Below, one piece after another: positions 47,601-54,628 of a DNA stretch of 64,000 nucleotides. The DNA is taken from the sequence record LR588166.1; one strand, 5' to 3'. Below the pieces are notes generated by a model. It ran no database searches. It had not been told where the DNA came from and was given only the letters and a program-made list of their open reading frames with translations. The stretch's first letter is position 1. Each line of letters starts with the position of its first letter. A program made the position numbers and the translations under genes.

Positions 47601-48385
47601 CTTTAGAGATAGTAATTCCTAATAGTGTATTAGCAGATGTATCTGACTATACTGGGTACACCGGAACTATATCTAAATTCACTACAGTATTTAAAAATAC
47701 AAATATGTATGTAGCTGGCGGATATTCGTTAGGTTTCATAGATAACATAGCGTTAGTAGACGATACTGGATTAGGAACTGCACTTACTGTAGGAAGAACA
47801 TATACCACAGGTATATATGATGGACCTGCGTATGTTGGTTTAGGTGCAAACTTTGCAGTATATGGATATGAAACTGCAATACAATCTATACCGGGTTCCA
47901 GTGTAGTATTGGCAGGAAATCTATGCAGGCAAGCAGGCGCTGCAATCCGTGCAGACGGTTCTATATTGTCATTTAATGCCGGACAATCTGTTTATATTGC
48001 AAACCAAGCACAAGACGGTATTGTGTTAAAACACGGAAGTAAACTAATACACAACGACGATGCTAGTCAATCGTTTGTATTTGTGATATTCAATAATATC
48101 AAATCCGGCACAATCCTGTCGTTAGATACAAGTATATCTACTGCTAATTTTGAAGTTAAAAACTCAGAAGGCATAATGATAGCTGCAACCAGACATAGTA
48201 CAGTTGATGCTAGATCAGCTATTGTATCTGGAACAATAACGGGCGATTTAGAAGTAAATGCAACAGGCATGTCTGTAATCAGCATAAACGAACCTGCAGA
48301 CAGTACAGATATACCATTAGCAGTTGTTTGTAATCCTGCTTATGGATCTAATATAGAATTACAAAAAGGTTACATAGGATTATAA
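41675..48385 (+). CDS. giant repeat-containing tail/head fibre protein
   Basis: 2236 aa of VATTGxYxDLxNKP, LxDLxDV..WNG..W and NGFLRWN repeats; two T4 gp34-like domains; C-terminal beta-helix. Confidence 0.85.
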   Translation: MSIQSGPSVLNQFVPDFLIDSTPTNGQFLVYDETVQAFVNSTNPRIVLDSSNILDGSITIDKLAISGNKVPGYVLTITSAGGMAFLPVPGNGGQLPSLDELLDTNIVSPTVTQYLKWDGSAWVNSNITLNDVSDVSVISPTADDVLAWESGSWTNKKIDYTSLTNKPDLSDVVRSSELSSVAFSGDYNDLVNIPSATSNTIVGLTDVNDTALPNGFLRWNASGDEVEFITSISATVITGLAPVATSGNYNDLLGKPNLSVYPLRTEFSTVATTGNYSDLNNVPLTFAPSAHTHPAAQITGLASVATSNDYNDLVNKPTAMAPTAHTHAISDIIGLQNSLDSKLTVNLTTRLPKDVIYFNGTSWVNKQLSYTDISGTPNLDNYVTDSELSTVATTGRYSDLINKPELVENLNDLLDVDVSSKQTGNVLTWNGTAWIASAITQASIDWANISNKPSVFSPAAHTHDVVDVLGLQSLLDSKLDANIAFDGDYNSLTNKPGLIDLQDTFSPAVPNGFLRWNNLGTLVAYQDYIYPQDISGLSDVAISGQYSDLLGTPSLSTVAITGSYSDLIDAPPAFDGDYDSLTNKPFIPTNFDFKFIGLNDVSPTVQPGGYLKWNLDGSFVVSSANIPATDVAGLSVVSTTGQYSDLLGKPLLATVSSSGSYTDLINIPTEFNPAEHTHSIADVSGLQASLDNKLNTSDAFSGDYNDLTNAPTNSSYSLVGLSDTNSVPVANGFLRWNASGSSVEYIQTIPVNAITGLAPVASSGQYADLQGTPDLSDYVLSVSLADIATTGEYSDLINAPDLSVYANKTDLSDVATTGQYSDLLGIPTQFTPTVHVHNVSQISGLSAVATSGSYNDLSNKPSFANVATTGSYDDLNNKPSIPTNGNFSLLGLNDTNNTPVADGILRWNSSANQVIYANTIDAQSVSGLATVATIGKLSSLSDVDLIGLNQNEILQWNGSAWVPVPYNPNQIQAYIESGNTKVSTNDILDSIVLTAGPTTGNIIFELGNTNSSIILNPVANNVDALISSTSRIKLDSSTGISLGNINYPMTDGTVGQAVVTNGAGQLSFETVVKPSQLATVATSGNYNDLTNKPTLVTELNGLADVRMRDTNGNYLAQPEDVLTYSNGIWQARPNTSSSFIGLSDTQNITLPEDRANAYLRWDTTGNLIIYEDSISASVIAGLAEVATTGDLHDLINVNVNLPDMNNPATQAVWGLIWDRQNQRWINYNLRNIAGSGGSTVVALNDLTDVTLTFPVVDGNVLRATVQPDNSIVWQNKQLSYSDLTGTISMSLLQLTDTSSSAVPNGFLRWDSSGSTVQYTTTISTNDITGLAPVATSGNYNDLSNKPAIPASINDLADVNTVNPVPTNGYVLTWDSSSNNWIAKEPATNPSGSTALADLTDVSLSDLAASDVLKYNGTTWVNEPVTYSELTDLPTFALVAFSGDYNDLTNKPSGSTTSILDLTDTADTALPNGFLRWNASGDEVLYQASIDVSDIIGLSGVAISGDYNDLSNKPENNSYYFRKLADAGNPQPNTFIKYPAFTIPPGSDIDDVNPILEYVSSINALTDIDNLAPVATNGILGSLVDVNLNSVEDGQVLTYDAVTNSWINKNSSGSPVVTSWTKINGNYTVTGSEYLLVDTTSASVTITLPVAPTENMVIRIADWKGTFRTNSCVVNTNGMPLMGASMDNTLTIQNQNASIELTFVDTTYGWKITDGIGEISKQNIPVTNWRTVDSSSTPAMLIAQPGEAIYVNTNNGAVTVKLPTGASVNAVVRIADLLGTYDKASCFVDGNGNPIMGKNEILEIANENASIEFTYVDSVVGWKVTDGIGELGRKTDIASDSDIIVYVATDGNDTTGSGTEESPFATLNAAFLSLDGKFVNSSAEIIVRVAEGVYEPTNPVAFSHIQGMNVKLIGELPQASSSFTVTNITNDSGLAKVTMQLSSVSDYEVGDIIKITSAATMLECVEIVTAINTGSNTLEIVIPNSVLADVSDYTGYTGTISKFTTVFKNTNMYVAGGYSLGFIDNIALVDDTGLGTALTVGRTYTTGIYDGPAYVGLGANFAVYGYETAIQSIPGSSVVLAGNLCRQAGAAIRADGSILSFNAGQSVYIANQAQDGIVLKHGSKLIHNDDASQSFVFVIFNNIKSGTILSLDTSISTANFEVKNSEGIMIAATRHSTVDARSAIVSGTITGDLEVNATGMSVISINEPADSTDIPLAVVCNPAYGSNIELQKGYIGL
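42299..42351 (+). repeat. 53-bp exact direct repeat, copy 1
   Basis: identical to 46070-46122. Confidence 0.9.
46070..46122 (+). repeat. 53-bp exact direct repeat, copy 2
   Basis: identical to 42299-42351. Confidence 0.9.
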
Positions 48386-48386
48386 T

Positions 48387-48773
48387 ATGTCTAATTTAAA
48401 TGATTATTTCGGTGGAACATCTAATAGCACTGGGAGTTATCCCAGTGCTATTCCTGCAAAAAGAATTAATACTTCTGCAACTACTATTACATCTGGCGAA
48501 ACTAGAGACTTTATTTTAGGAGTATCATCAGGTGCTGTGTTATTCCTTGCTGTCTCTACAATAATAGGTAACCAAACAGACACATACGAACTTTATATAA
48601 AAATAGGATCTAATATAGTAATAGATTTTGAAACATTAACTGGTAATTTTAATACAAATCAACCTGCATTTTTATTAGGTTCAGGTACAGCAACTCTTAC
48701 AGTACATAATACATCTGCAACAGATATGATGTTTAGTTCAAACACATATTTTGCACCAATATCTCTTAGTTAA
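48387..48773 (+). CDS. small fibre-associated beta protein
   Basis: MSNLNDYFGG start shared with the next gene. Confidence 0.7.
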   Translation: MSNLNDYFGGTSNSTGSYPSAIPAKRINTSATTITSGETRDFILGVSSGAVLFLAVSTIIGNQTDTYELYIKIGSNIVIDFETLTGNFNTNQPAFLLGSGTATLTVHNTSATDMMFSSNTYFAPISLS

Positions 48774-48800
48774 TAAAAGGGCTTTTAAGCCCTTTTATTA
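48771..48800 (+). terminator. rho-independent terminator
   Basis: taataaaagggctt-tt-aagcccttttatta. Confidence 0.8.
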
Positions 48801-48888
48801 TATTTTACCTATGTTAAAATACTACTAAAATCTGGTAAATATTGTGATAACAATATAATAGATTTTAGCTAAGTGTAAAAGGAAACAT

Positions 48889-51800
48889 ATGTCTAATTTA
48901 AATGATTTTTTTGGATCAAGTGGATCAGAAGGCGGGGGAGCCGAAGTTAAAAGACTAGACGACTTAGTAGACGTTTCTGTAGCTAGTCCAACTAACGGTC
49001 AAACCCTTGTTTTTGACAACACAGGCTGGGTAAACAGAAAACTTAGCTACAATGATTTATCTAATCTTCCGTCTATATCAAACACATTAAGTGGATTAGA
49101 TGATGTAGACACTGCCGGTACTATAGCAGGATATGTATTACAATTTAACGGAATAAAATGGGTAGGTATGCCTGCCAGTAGTTCCATTTCGTTAGACGAT
49201 TTATCTAATGTTGCTATTACAGCACCCTCAATAAACCAAACACTGCTATTTAATGGATCAACATGGTATAACGGATCTGTAGATTTTAATAATTTAATAA
49301 ACACACCCGTTATTCCTACACAGTTAGGCGATTTGTCAGATGTTTCTGTCAGTGCTTCTACTCAAGAAGGAAGTGTACTAGTTTTTAGAACAGGACAATG
49401 GATCGGTTCTGTAATAAATTACAACGATTTGTCAAATACTCCTACTATACCGCAAAACGATTCATTTACATTCTTAGGTTTATCCGATACCAACGATATA
49501 CCGGAAGCAAATGGGTTTTTAAAATGGAATAATTTAAGTACAGAAATAGAATATGTTACTTCAATTCCTTCGTCTGCTATAACAGGATTAGCCAATGTTG
49601 CAACAACCGGTTTATTATCCAATTTAGTAGATGTGAATGTCAGTGGTGTATCTAATGGCCAGGTTCTAACATATAATTCCTCTTCTAGCACATGGGTTCC
49701 TACTACGCCATCGACCGGCGGCGGAACAAGTGATCCTACTGCTATTTTTAGTACAGACGGTAATACGTATATTAATACCGAAGAATTAGTAGACGAGCTA
49801 GTTTTAAAAACCGGACCTGGATCCGGAAATGTAAATGTCATTCTTGGTGGCGGCGGCAAGATTGTCGTCGAAGGTCAATCTCCGGAAATAATATCGGAAA
49901 CTAGTTTAAAATTAACAGGTAGCAATTTATATTTAAATGAACTATCTTGGCCTACGACTGACGGAACGAGCGGTCAAGTTTTAGCTACAGACGGAAATGG
50001 AAATCTCTCATTTATAACAGTATCGGCTGGCGGAACTACTATACTCATAAACTGGCGTGGCGAATGGGAAGAAACTAGTTATAATATAAACGACGCAGTA
50101 AGTTATGCTGGTTCTAGTTATATATGTGTTGCTGAAGTAGCTGGCGGCGATATTTCTATTCCGCCTAGCAGTACAAACTTAAATTGGAATATACTAGCAC
50201 TAAAAGGTGAAGACGGATCATTCTTTACTTATAAAGGAACTTATGATTCTAATACTGAATATGTAGATAAAGATGTAGTTTATTATAACGGTTCATCTTA
50301 TGTAGTGTTAGACGGTCAAGGACCTATTACAGGAATCACCCCTACTGACCAATCTAAATGGGGTATATTAGCGTTAGCTGGTTCTGGAGGAACAGGCAGT
50401 GGTTTTACTTACAAAAATGAATATAATAATTCGGAAACTTATCAAGACCAAGACGTTGTTAGTTATGGAGGATCTTCATACATTGTTAGTCCTGGCAACG
50501 GTCCTGTTACTGGTATTTTGCCTACCGATTCTTCTATTTGGGGTATTATTGCACTCAAGGGTCAAGACGGGTCTGGAACAGGTAACCAGTCGCTTGAAGA
50601 TTTAACTGATGTATCTAGTGCCACTCCTACTTCGGGGAATGTGTTAGTAGCTAACGGGTCATCATGGTCTTCTTCTAAGTTATCATATAGTCAACTCCAA
50701 GGTCTACCCACTTTATCTGTAGTTGCTACTTCTGGTAGTTATAATGACTTATTAGATAAACCTTCTAATACAGGAACATTTATTGGATTATCAGATACTG
50801 ATACTCCTTCCCTACCGAATGGATTTTTAAAATGGAATGCACAAGGAACATCTATATCTTATGTACAATCAATACCTTCAGAATCTATTTCTGGTTTGGC
50901 TACTGTTGCTACTACCGGTGATTATAGCGATTTAACTAATACACCTAACATACCAGTTGTGCTAGACGACTTGACCGATGTGAATTTAGTTACACCTCCC
51001 GTAACAGGGCAAGCTTTAGTATACAACGGTACGTATTGGTTGGCAGGCAATGCCGGAAGCAGTTCTAGCACACTAGCATCATTAACTGACGTTAACTTAA
51101 CTACTCCTACCAACAATCAAGTATTATCGTATGACAATACACAAAATTTGTGGATTAATACACAAATCGATTATGATGATATTTTAAATACACCTAGTAT
51201 ACCCGTAAATAATAGCTTTAGCTTGGTTGGGTTGAACGACACGGATAATTCTGCTATTCCGAACGCATTCTTAAAATGGAACTCAACTGGGAATTCAGTA
51301 GAATACGTTCAGTCTATTTCTGCTAGTAGTATAACAGGATTATCTACTGTTGCTACAACTGGAGACTACAACGACTTAACTAATTTACCTTCTATTCCAG
51401 AAAATATAAGTGATTTAAATGATGTAGATACTACATCTACTGCACCTACTGACGGTCAAGTACTCATATATAGTGCAGCACTAGGAAAGTGGATTCCTGG
51501 AGATCAAAGCGGTACTAGTCCAGTTCCAGGCGGCTTCCCCGGTGAATGGTTAAAAATCAATTATACCCCTGGCAATTTAATAGGTACAATCGAGTGTTCG
51601 CCTAATATATCATACACTATAGTAGATAATGTTGCAAATAATAATCTTACTTTAGATTTAGTATTTGCAAATAGACCATACCCGCCTGCCGGATGGATGT
51701 GGTATGGTTACTTAGTAACACAAGGCAGATATGTATTAAAAATGCAAGATACTACTAGTCATCCGCATACGTTAGAGCTTACAACTACTGAAAATCCATT

Positions 51801-51912
51801 TGGGACAGGAACTGGAAAATTATCAGGATTCCAGTGCAGGGTATCAACTACTGGAGCCCAAAGTTATGGTCCTCTTCAGCCTACGCATGCATATGTGATA
51901 TTTGGGTGGTAA
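48889..51912 (+). CDS. repeat-containing fibre protein with three carbohydrate-binding-like modules
   Basis: same repeat types as 41675; 3 x about 60-aa Y..DxVxYxGSSY..W modules; GTAAATA at 48835. Confidence 0.85.
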   Translation: MSNLNDFFGSSGSEGGGAEVKRLDDLVDVSVASPTNGQTLVFDNTGWVNRKLSYNDLSNLPSISNTLSGLDDVDTAGTIAGYVLQFNGIKWVGMPASSSISLDDLSNVAITAPSINQTLLFNGSTWYNGSVDFNNLINTPVIPTQLGDLSDVSVSASTQEGSVLVFRTGQWIGSVINYNDLSNTPTIPQNDSFTFLGLSDTNDIPEANGFLKWNNLSTEIEYVTSIPSSAITGLANVATTGLLSNLVDVNVSGVSNGQVLTYNSSSSTWVPTTPSTGGGTSDPTAIFSTDGNTYINTEELVDELVLKTGPGSGNVNVILGGGGKIVVEGQSPEIISETSLKLTGSNLYLNELSWPTTDGTSGQVLATDGNGNLSFITVSAGGTTILINWRGEWEETSYNINDAVSYAGSSYICVAEVAGGDISIPPSSTNLNWNILALKGEDGSFFTYKGTYDSNTEYVDKDVVYYNGSSYVVLDGQGPITGITPTDQSKWGILALAGSGGTGSGFTYKNEYNNSETYQDQDVVSYGGSSYIVSPGNGPVTGILPTDSSIWGIIALKGQDGSGTGNQSLEDLTDVSSATPTSGNVLVANGSSWSSSKLSYSQLQGLPTLSVVATSGSYNDLLDKPSNTGTFIGLSDTDTPSLPNGFLKWNAQGTSISYVQSIPSESISGLATVATTGDYSDLTNTPNIPVVLDDLTDVNLVTPPVTGQALVYNGTYWLAGNAGSSSSTLASLTDVNLTTPTNNQVLSYDNTQNLWINTQIDYDDILNTPSIPVNNSFSLVGLNDTDNSAIPNAFLKWNSTGNSVEYVQSISASSITGLSTVATTGDYNDLTNLPSIPENISDLNDVDTTSTAPTDGQVLIYSAALGKWIPGDQSGTSPVPGGFPGEWLKINYTPGNLIGTIECSPNISYTIVDNVANNNLTLDLVFANRPYPPAGWMWYGYLVTQGRYVLKMQDTTSHPHTLELTTTENPFGTGTGKLSGFQCRVSTTGAQSYGPLQPTHAYVIFGW

Positions 51913-51915
51913 TAT

Positions 51916-53889
51916 ATGATTTTATCTATACCTAATAAAGTAATTCAACTGAATATACAATCGGCAGTTGGTAAAGATTATTGGCCGTACAATCAAGGCG
52001 ACGAATTCTGGGAAAACGGAAGTTCTCCCAGATTTTATACATGGATTATATCTGCAACCGTTATTCCGCAGTTTCATAGTTACGAAAATACAAGAGAACC
52101 ATATACATATAACGGTTTAGATTTAAATGTAGGGGATTGGATATCTAACACCGATATACCGCAAGCTTTTGAAATTATTTCTATAACTGAAAAAACAGAA
52201 ACGTCATTAGTTGCAGTAATTAGAGATACATTTAGGTATAATACATTTTCTGCAATTTCACAAGATGGATTAATAAGTCCCCAATTAGGTAATAATATAT
52301 TATTCACTCTTAGTGTAGATGGAATGCCATTATTAGATCCATTACCGGCTTCTATAAACAAATATGGTTTTGTTTCATCGTTAGATAGTAGATTTAGAAA
52401 AGAAAAGAAAAATGAAATATTACAATTATATAAAGAAAATAACGGATTTATAAAAGGCGATATATTATCTTTAGATCCCGCTGCGGGATACATCTTATCA
52501 GACAATAACATTACTCATAAAATTTTAGGGACAGTATACAGTTCGGGTCCGGGACCAAATGATTTCATAGTTTCTCCTGTAAATGTTTTTAGTAAAAACT
52601 ATCAAGCATCTGTATTAGGCCAAATCGGTGACACTTTATATATTTCTGATACAGATCCCGGAAGGTTAACTACTGAAAATACAGGTGTTCCTGCATATGT
52701 AAAAATAACAAATGCAATACAAGGAACATCTATTACAACAAAAAGCACAGATAATATGACAATTGTTGTAGGAAACACATTTTCTCTAAATAATTCTAAC
52801 ATAGTTATACCTTCTACTAATATTCAAGATCTCGTAAATAGAATTAATACATTTACTATTGATACAGGAATAGAAAGCTCTTTGCAGTTGGCGCCTACTA
52901 GTTGTGTGTCAAATACAGCTGACATGGCATTTGGTGGTATATTTGTTGGTATAACTCCGCCAGGTTCAGCAAAAATAAACAATGTTGAAATAATATTCAA
53001 TAGCGACACTGCTAGCCCAGGTCAATGGGGTGAAGCAAATGATGTTGCTATAGCTATTAATAATGCAAACATACCTGGCATAGTAGCAATAGCAGAGAAT
53101 GGGCAAGTTACATTAACTAATACGTTAGGAACAGAGATAGTTATAGAAAATATAAGTAATGAAAGTTTTGGTTCTCCTATAGCAGGTCCAAATTCTGCAA
53201 CCGGCTTGCCGTTATACACACCTGCTGCAACTAACAGTTTTATGAAATTTGTTAGTTTAACGGGCACCGGAATTATATTTAAAAATATATTAGGAAATCC
53301 AATAGACGAACTCGGTTTACTATCTAACGAAAATGGAATGCCTGCATATGTTATGTCAGTTGCTAACGGCATAAGAACGGCAGACACGTATGTAGTAGCA
53401 AATATATCTGCAAGAGATGCATTAACTCCGTTAACGGGCGATCAAGCATATGTAATTGACGGAATGTTGCCAAACGGATCCAAGGCAGGTGAATGGGCAC
53501 TATATTTATGGAACGGAAATAGTTGGATAAAAACAGCCGATGAAGATTCTGCAAAAACAGATGCAAGTTCTATAGAACTAGAAATACAGTATAATTCCTC
53601 AGAAGCTGTTACTATAGGAAAAATGAGTAATAATTCTAAAGTTACGCAAATATCTATTACTGTAGAAGAAATATTCAGTAACGAAAATGCAACATTGTCT
53701 ATAGGAACAGACATTAATAACACAGACATATTAATGAGTTCTGATTTTATAGATTTAACTGTAGAAGACACTTATTTTATAACACCTAATGTATATTTCG
53801 ATTCTGGAACCGATACAGAAATTGTAGCTTATTTGGATAGTAACGGTTCTACTACCGGACGAGTAAAGATAATTGTATCATACACATAA
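51916..53889 (+). CDS. putative virion structural protein
   Basis: 657 aa, beta/Gly-rich, in the late cluster. Confidence 0.7.
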   Translation: MILSIPNKVIQLNIQSAVGKDYWPYNQGDEFWENGSSPRFYTWIISATVIPQFHSYENTREPYTYNGLDLNVGDWISNTDIPQAFEIISITEKTETSLVAVIRDTFRYNTFSAISQDGLISPQLGNNILFTLSVDGMPLLDPLPASINKYGFVSSLDSRFRKEKKNEILQLYKENNGFIKGDILSLDPAAGYILSDNNITHKILGTVYSSGPGPNDFIVSPVNVFSKNYQASVLGQIGDTLYISDTDPGRLTTENTGVPAYVKITNAIQGTSITTKSTDNMTIVVGNTFSLNNSNIVIPSTNIQDLVNRINTFTIDTGIESSLQLAPTSCVSNTADMAFGGIFVGITPPGSAKINNVEIIFNSDTASPGQWGEANDVAIAINNANIPGIVAIAENGQVTLTNTLGTEIVIENISNESFGSPIAGPNSATGLPLYTPAATNSFMKFVSLTGTGIIFKNILGNPIDELGLLSNENGMPAYVMSVANGIRTADTYVVANISARDALTPLTGDQAYVIDGMLPNGSKAGEWALYLWNGNSWIKTADEDSAKTDASSIELEIQYNSSEAVTIGKMSNNSKVTQISITVEEIFSNENATLSIGTDINNTDILMSSDFIDLTVEDTYFITPNVYFDSGTDTEIVAYLDSNGSTTGRVKIIVSYT

Positions 53890-53926
53890 GACAGGTAAAT
53901 ATCTTTATTAACACGGATTGTATAAA

Positions 53927-54562
53927 ATGATAAAAAGTTTTCTTCTTAGTGCTGTATCTAATGTTTTACAGTTTGGAAAAAAAGGTGGAAAAATAACATA
54001 TACGCCTGAAACATCTAGTTTTAAAGTAGAAACGGATAGCAATGTATTATGTCCGATCGCCGTAGGACCGGCAACTGCAACTACACATGCCGTTCCTAAA
54101 AGTTATGTAGATGGAAGAACTACAAAGTACACAATGCAAGCAGACAAAACAGTTTCTGGTTCTACATTAAGTGCAATAACAGAATTTACTAGTATATCAT
54201 TAGAAGCAAATACAACATATTCATACACGTTATTATTGTTATATTCTTCCAATAATACTGCTGCTGGTATAAAATATCAATTAATGACAAATGGATCATT
54301 GACCAGATCTTTTTCTAGTGTAGAAAATGCAAAAACAGGAACAGCATCAACACTTGTAAACGGTTTTGTTTTAGGAGCAAGTGCAACTATTACAGTAACT
54401 ACAGTTGCTATTGCAAATAACTTGTATAATGTCTGGGTTCAAGGTTTTATAGAAAATTCTGGAGGATCACCAGACACACTAACTATATCTCTTGCTTCGT
54501 CGTCATCCGGCGCGTCGTGTTCTGCATACGCAGGTTCCCAGTTAGTTATGACTAGATTATAA
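53927..54562 (+). CDS. putative virion fibre/decoration protein
   Basis: MIKSF..LQFGKKGG paralogous to the next gene; GTAAATA at 53895. Confidence 0.7.
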   Translation: MIKSFLLSAVSNVLQFGKKGGKITYTPETSSFKVETDSNVLCPIAVGPATATTHAVPKSYVDGRTTKYTMQADKTVSGSTLSAITEFTSISLEANTTYSYTLLLLYSSNNTAAGIKYQLMTNGSLTRSFSSVENAKTGTASTLVNGFVLGASATITVTTVAIANNLYNVWVQGFIENSGGSPDTLTISLASSSSGASCSAYAGSQLVMTRL

Positions 54563-54628
54563 TCTTAGCAAGTAAAAATACAAAAATACCGATAAATATC
54601 GGTATAATATATTGAAGGACTAATAACA

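Noticed and set aside
41675-51912. Diversity-generating retroelement acting on the fibre repeats
   Set aside because: No reverse transcriptase in the window, and the repeats are identical or vary at general positions rather than adenine-specifically.
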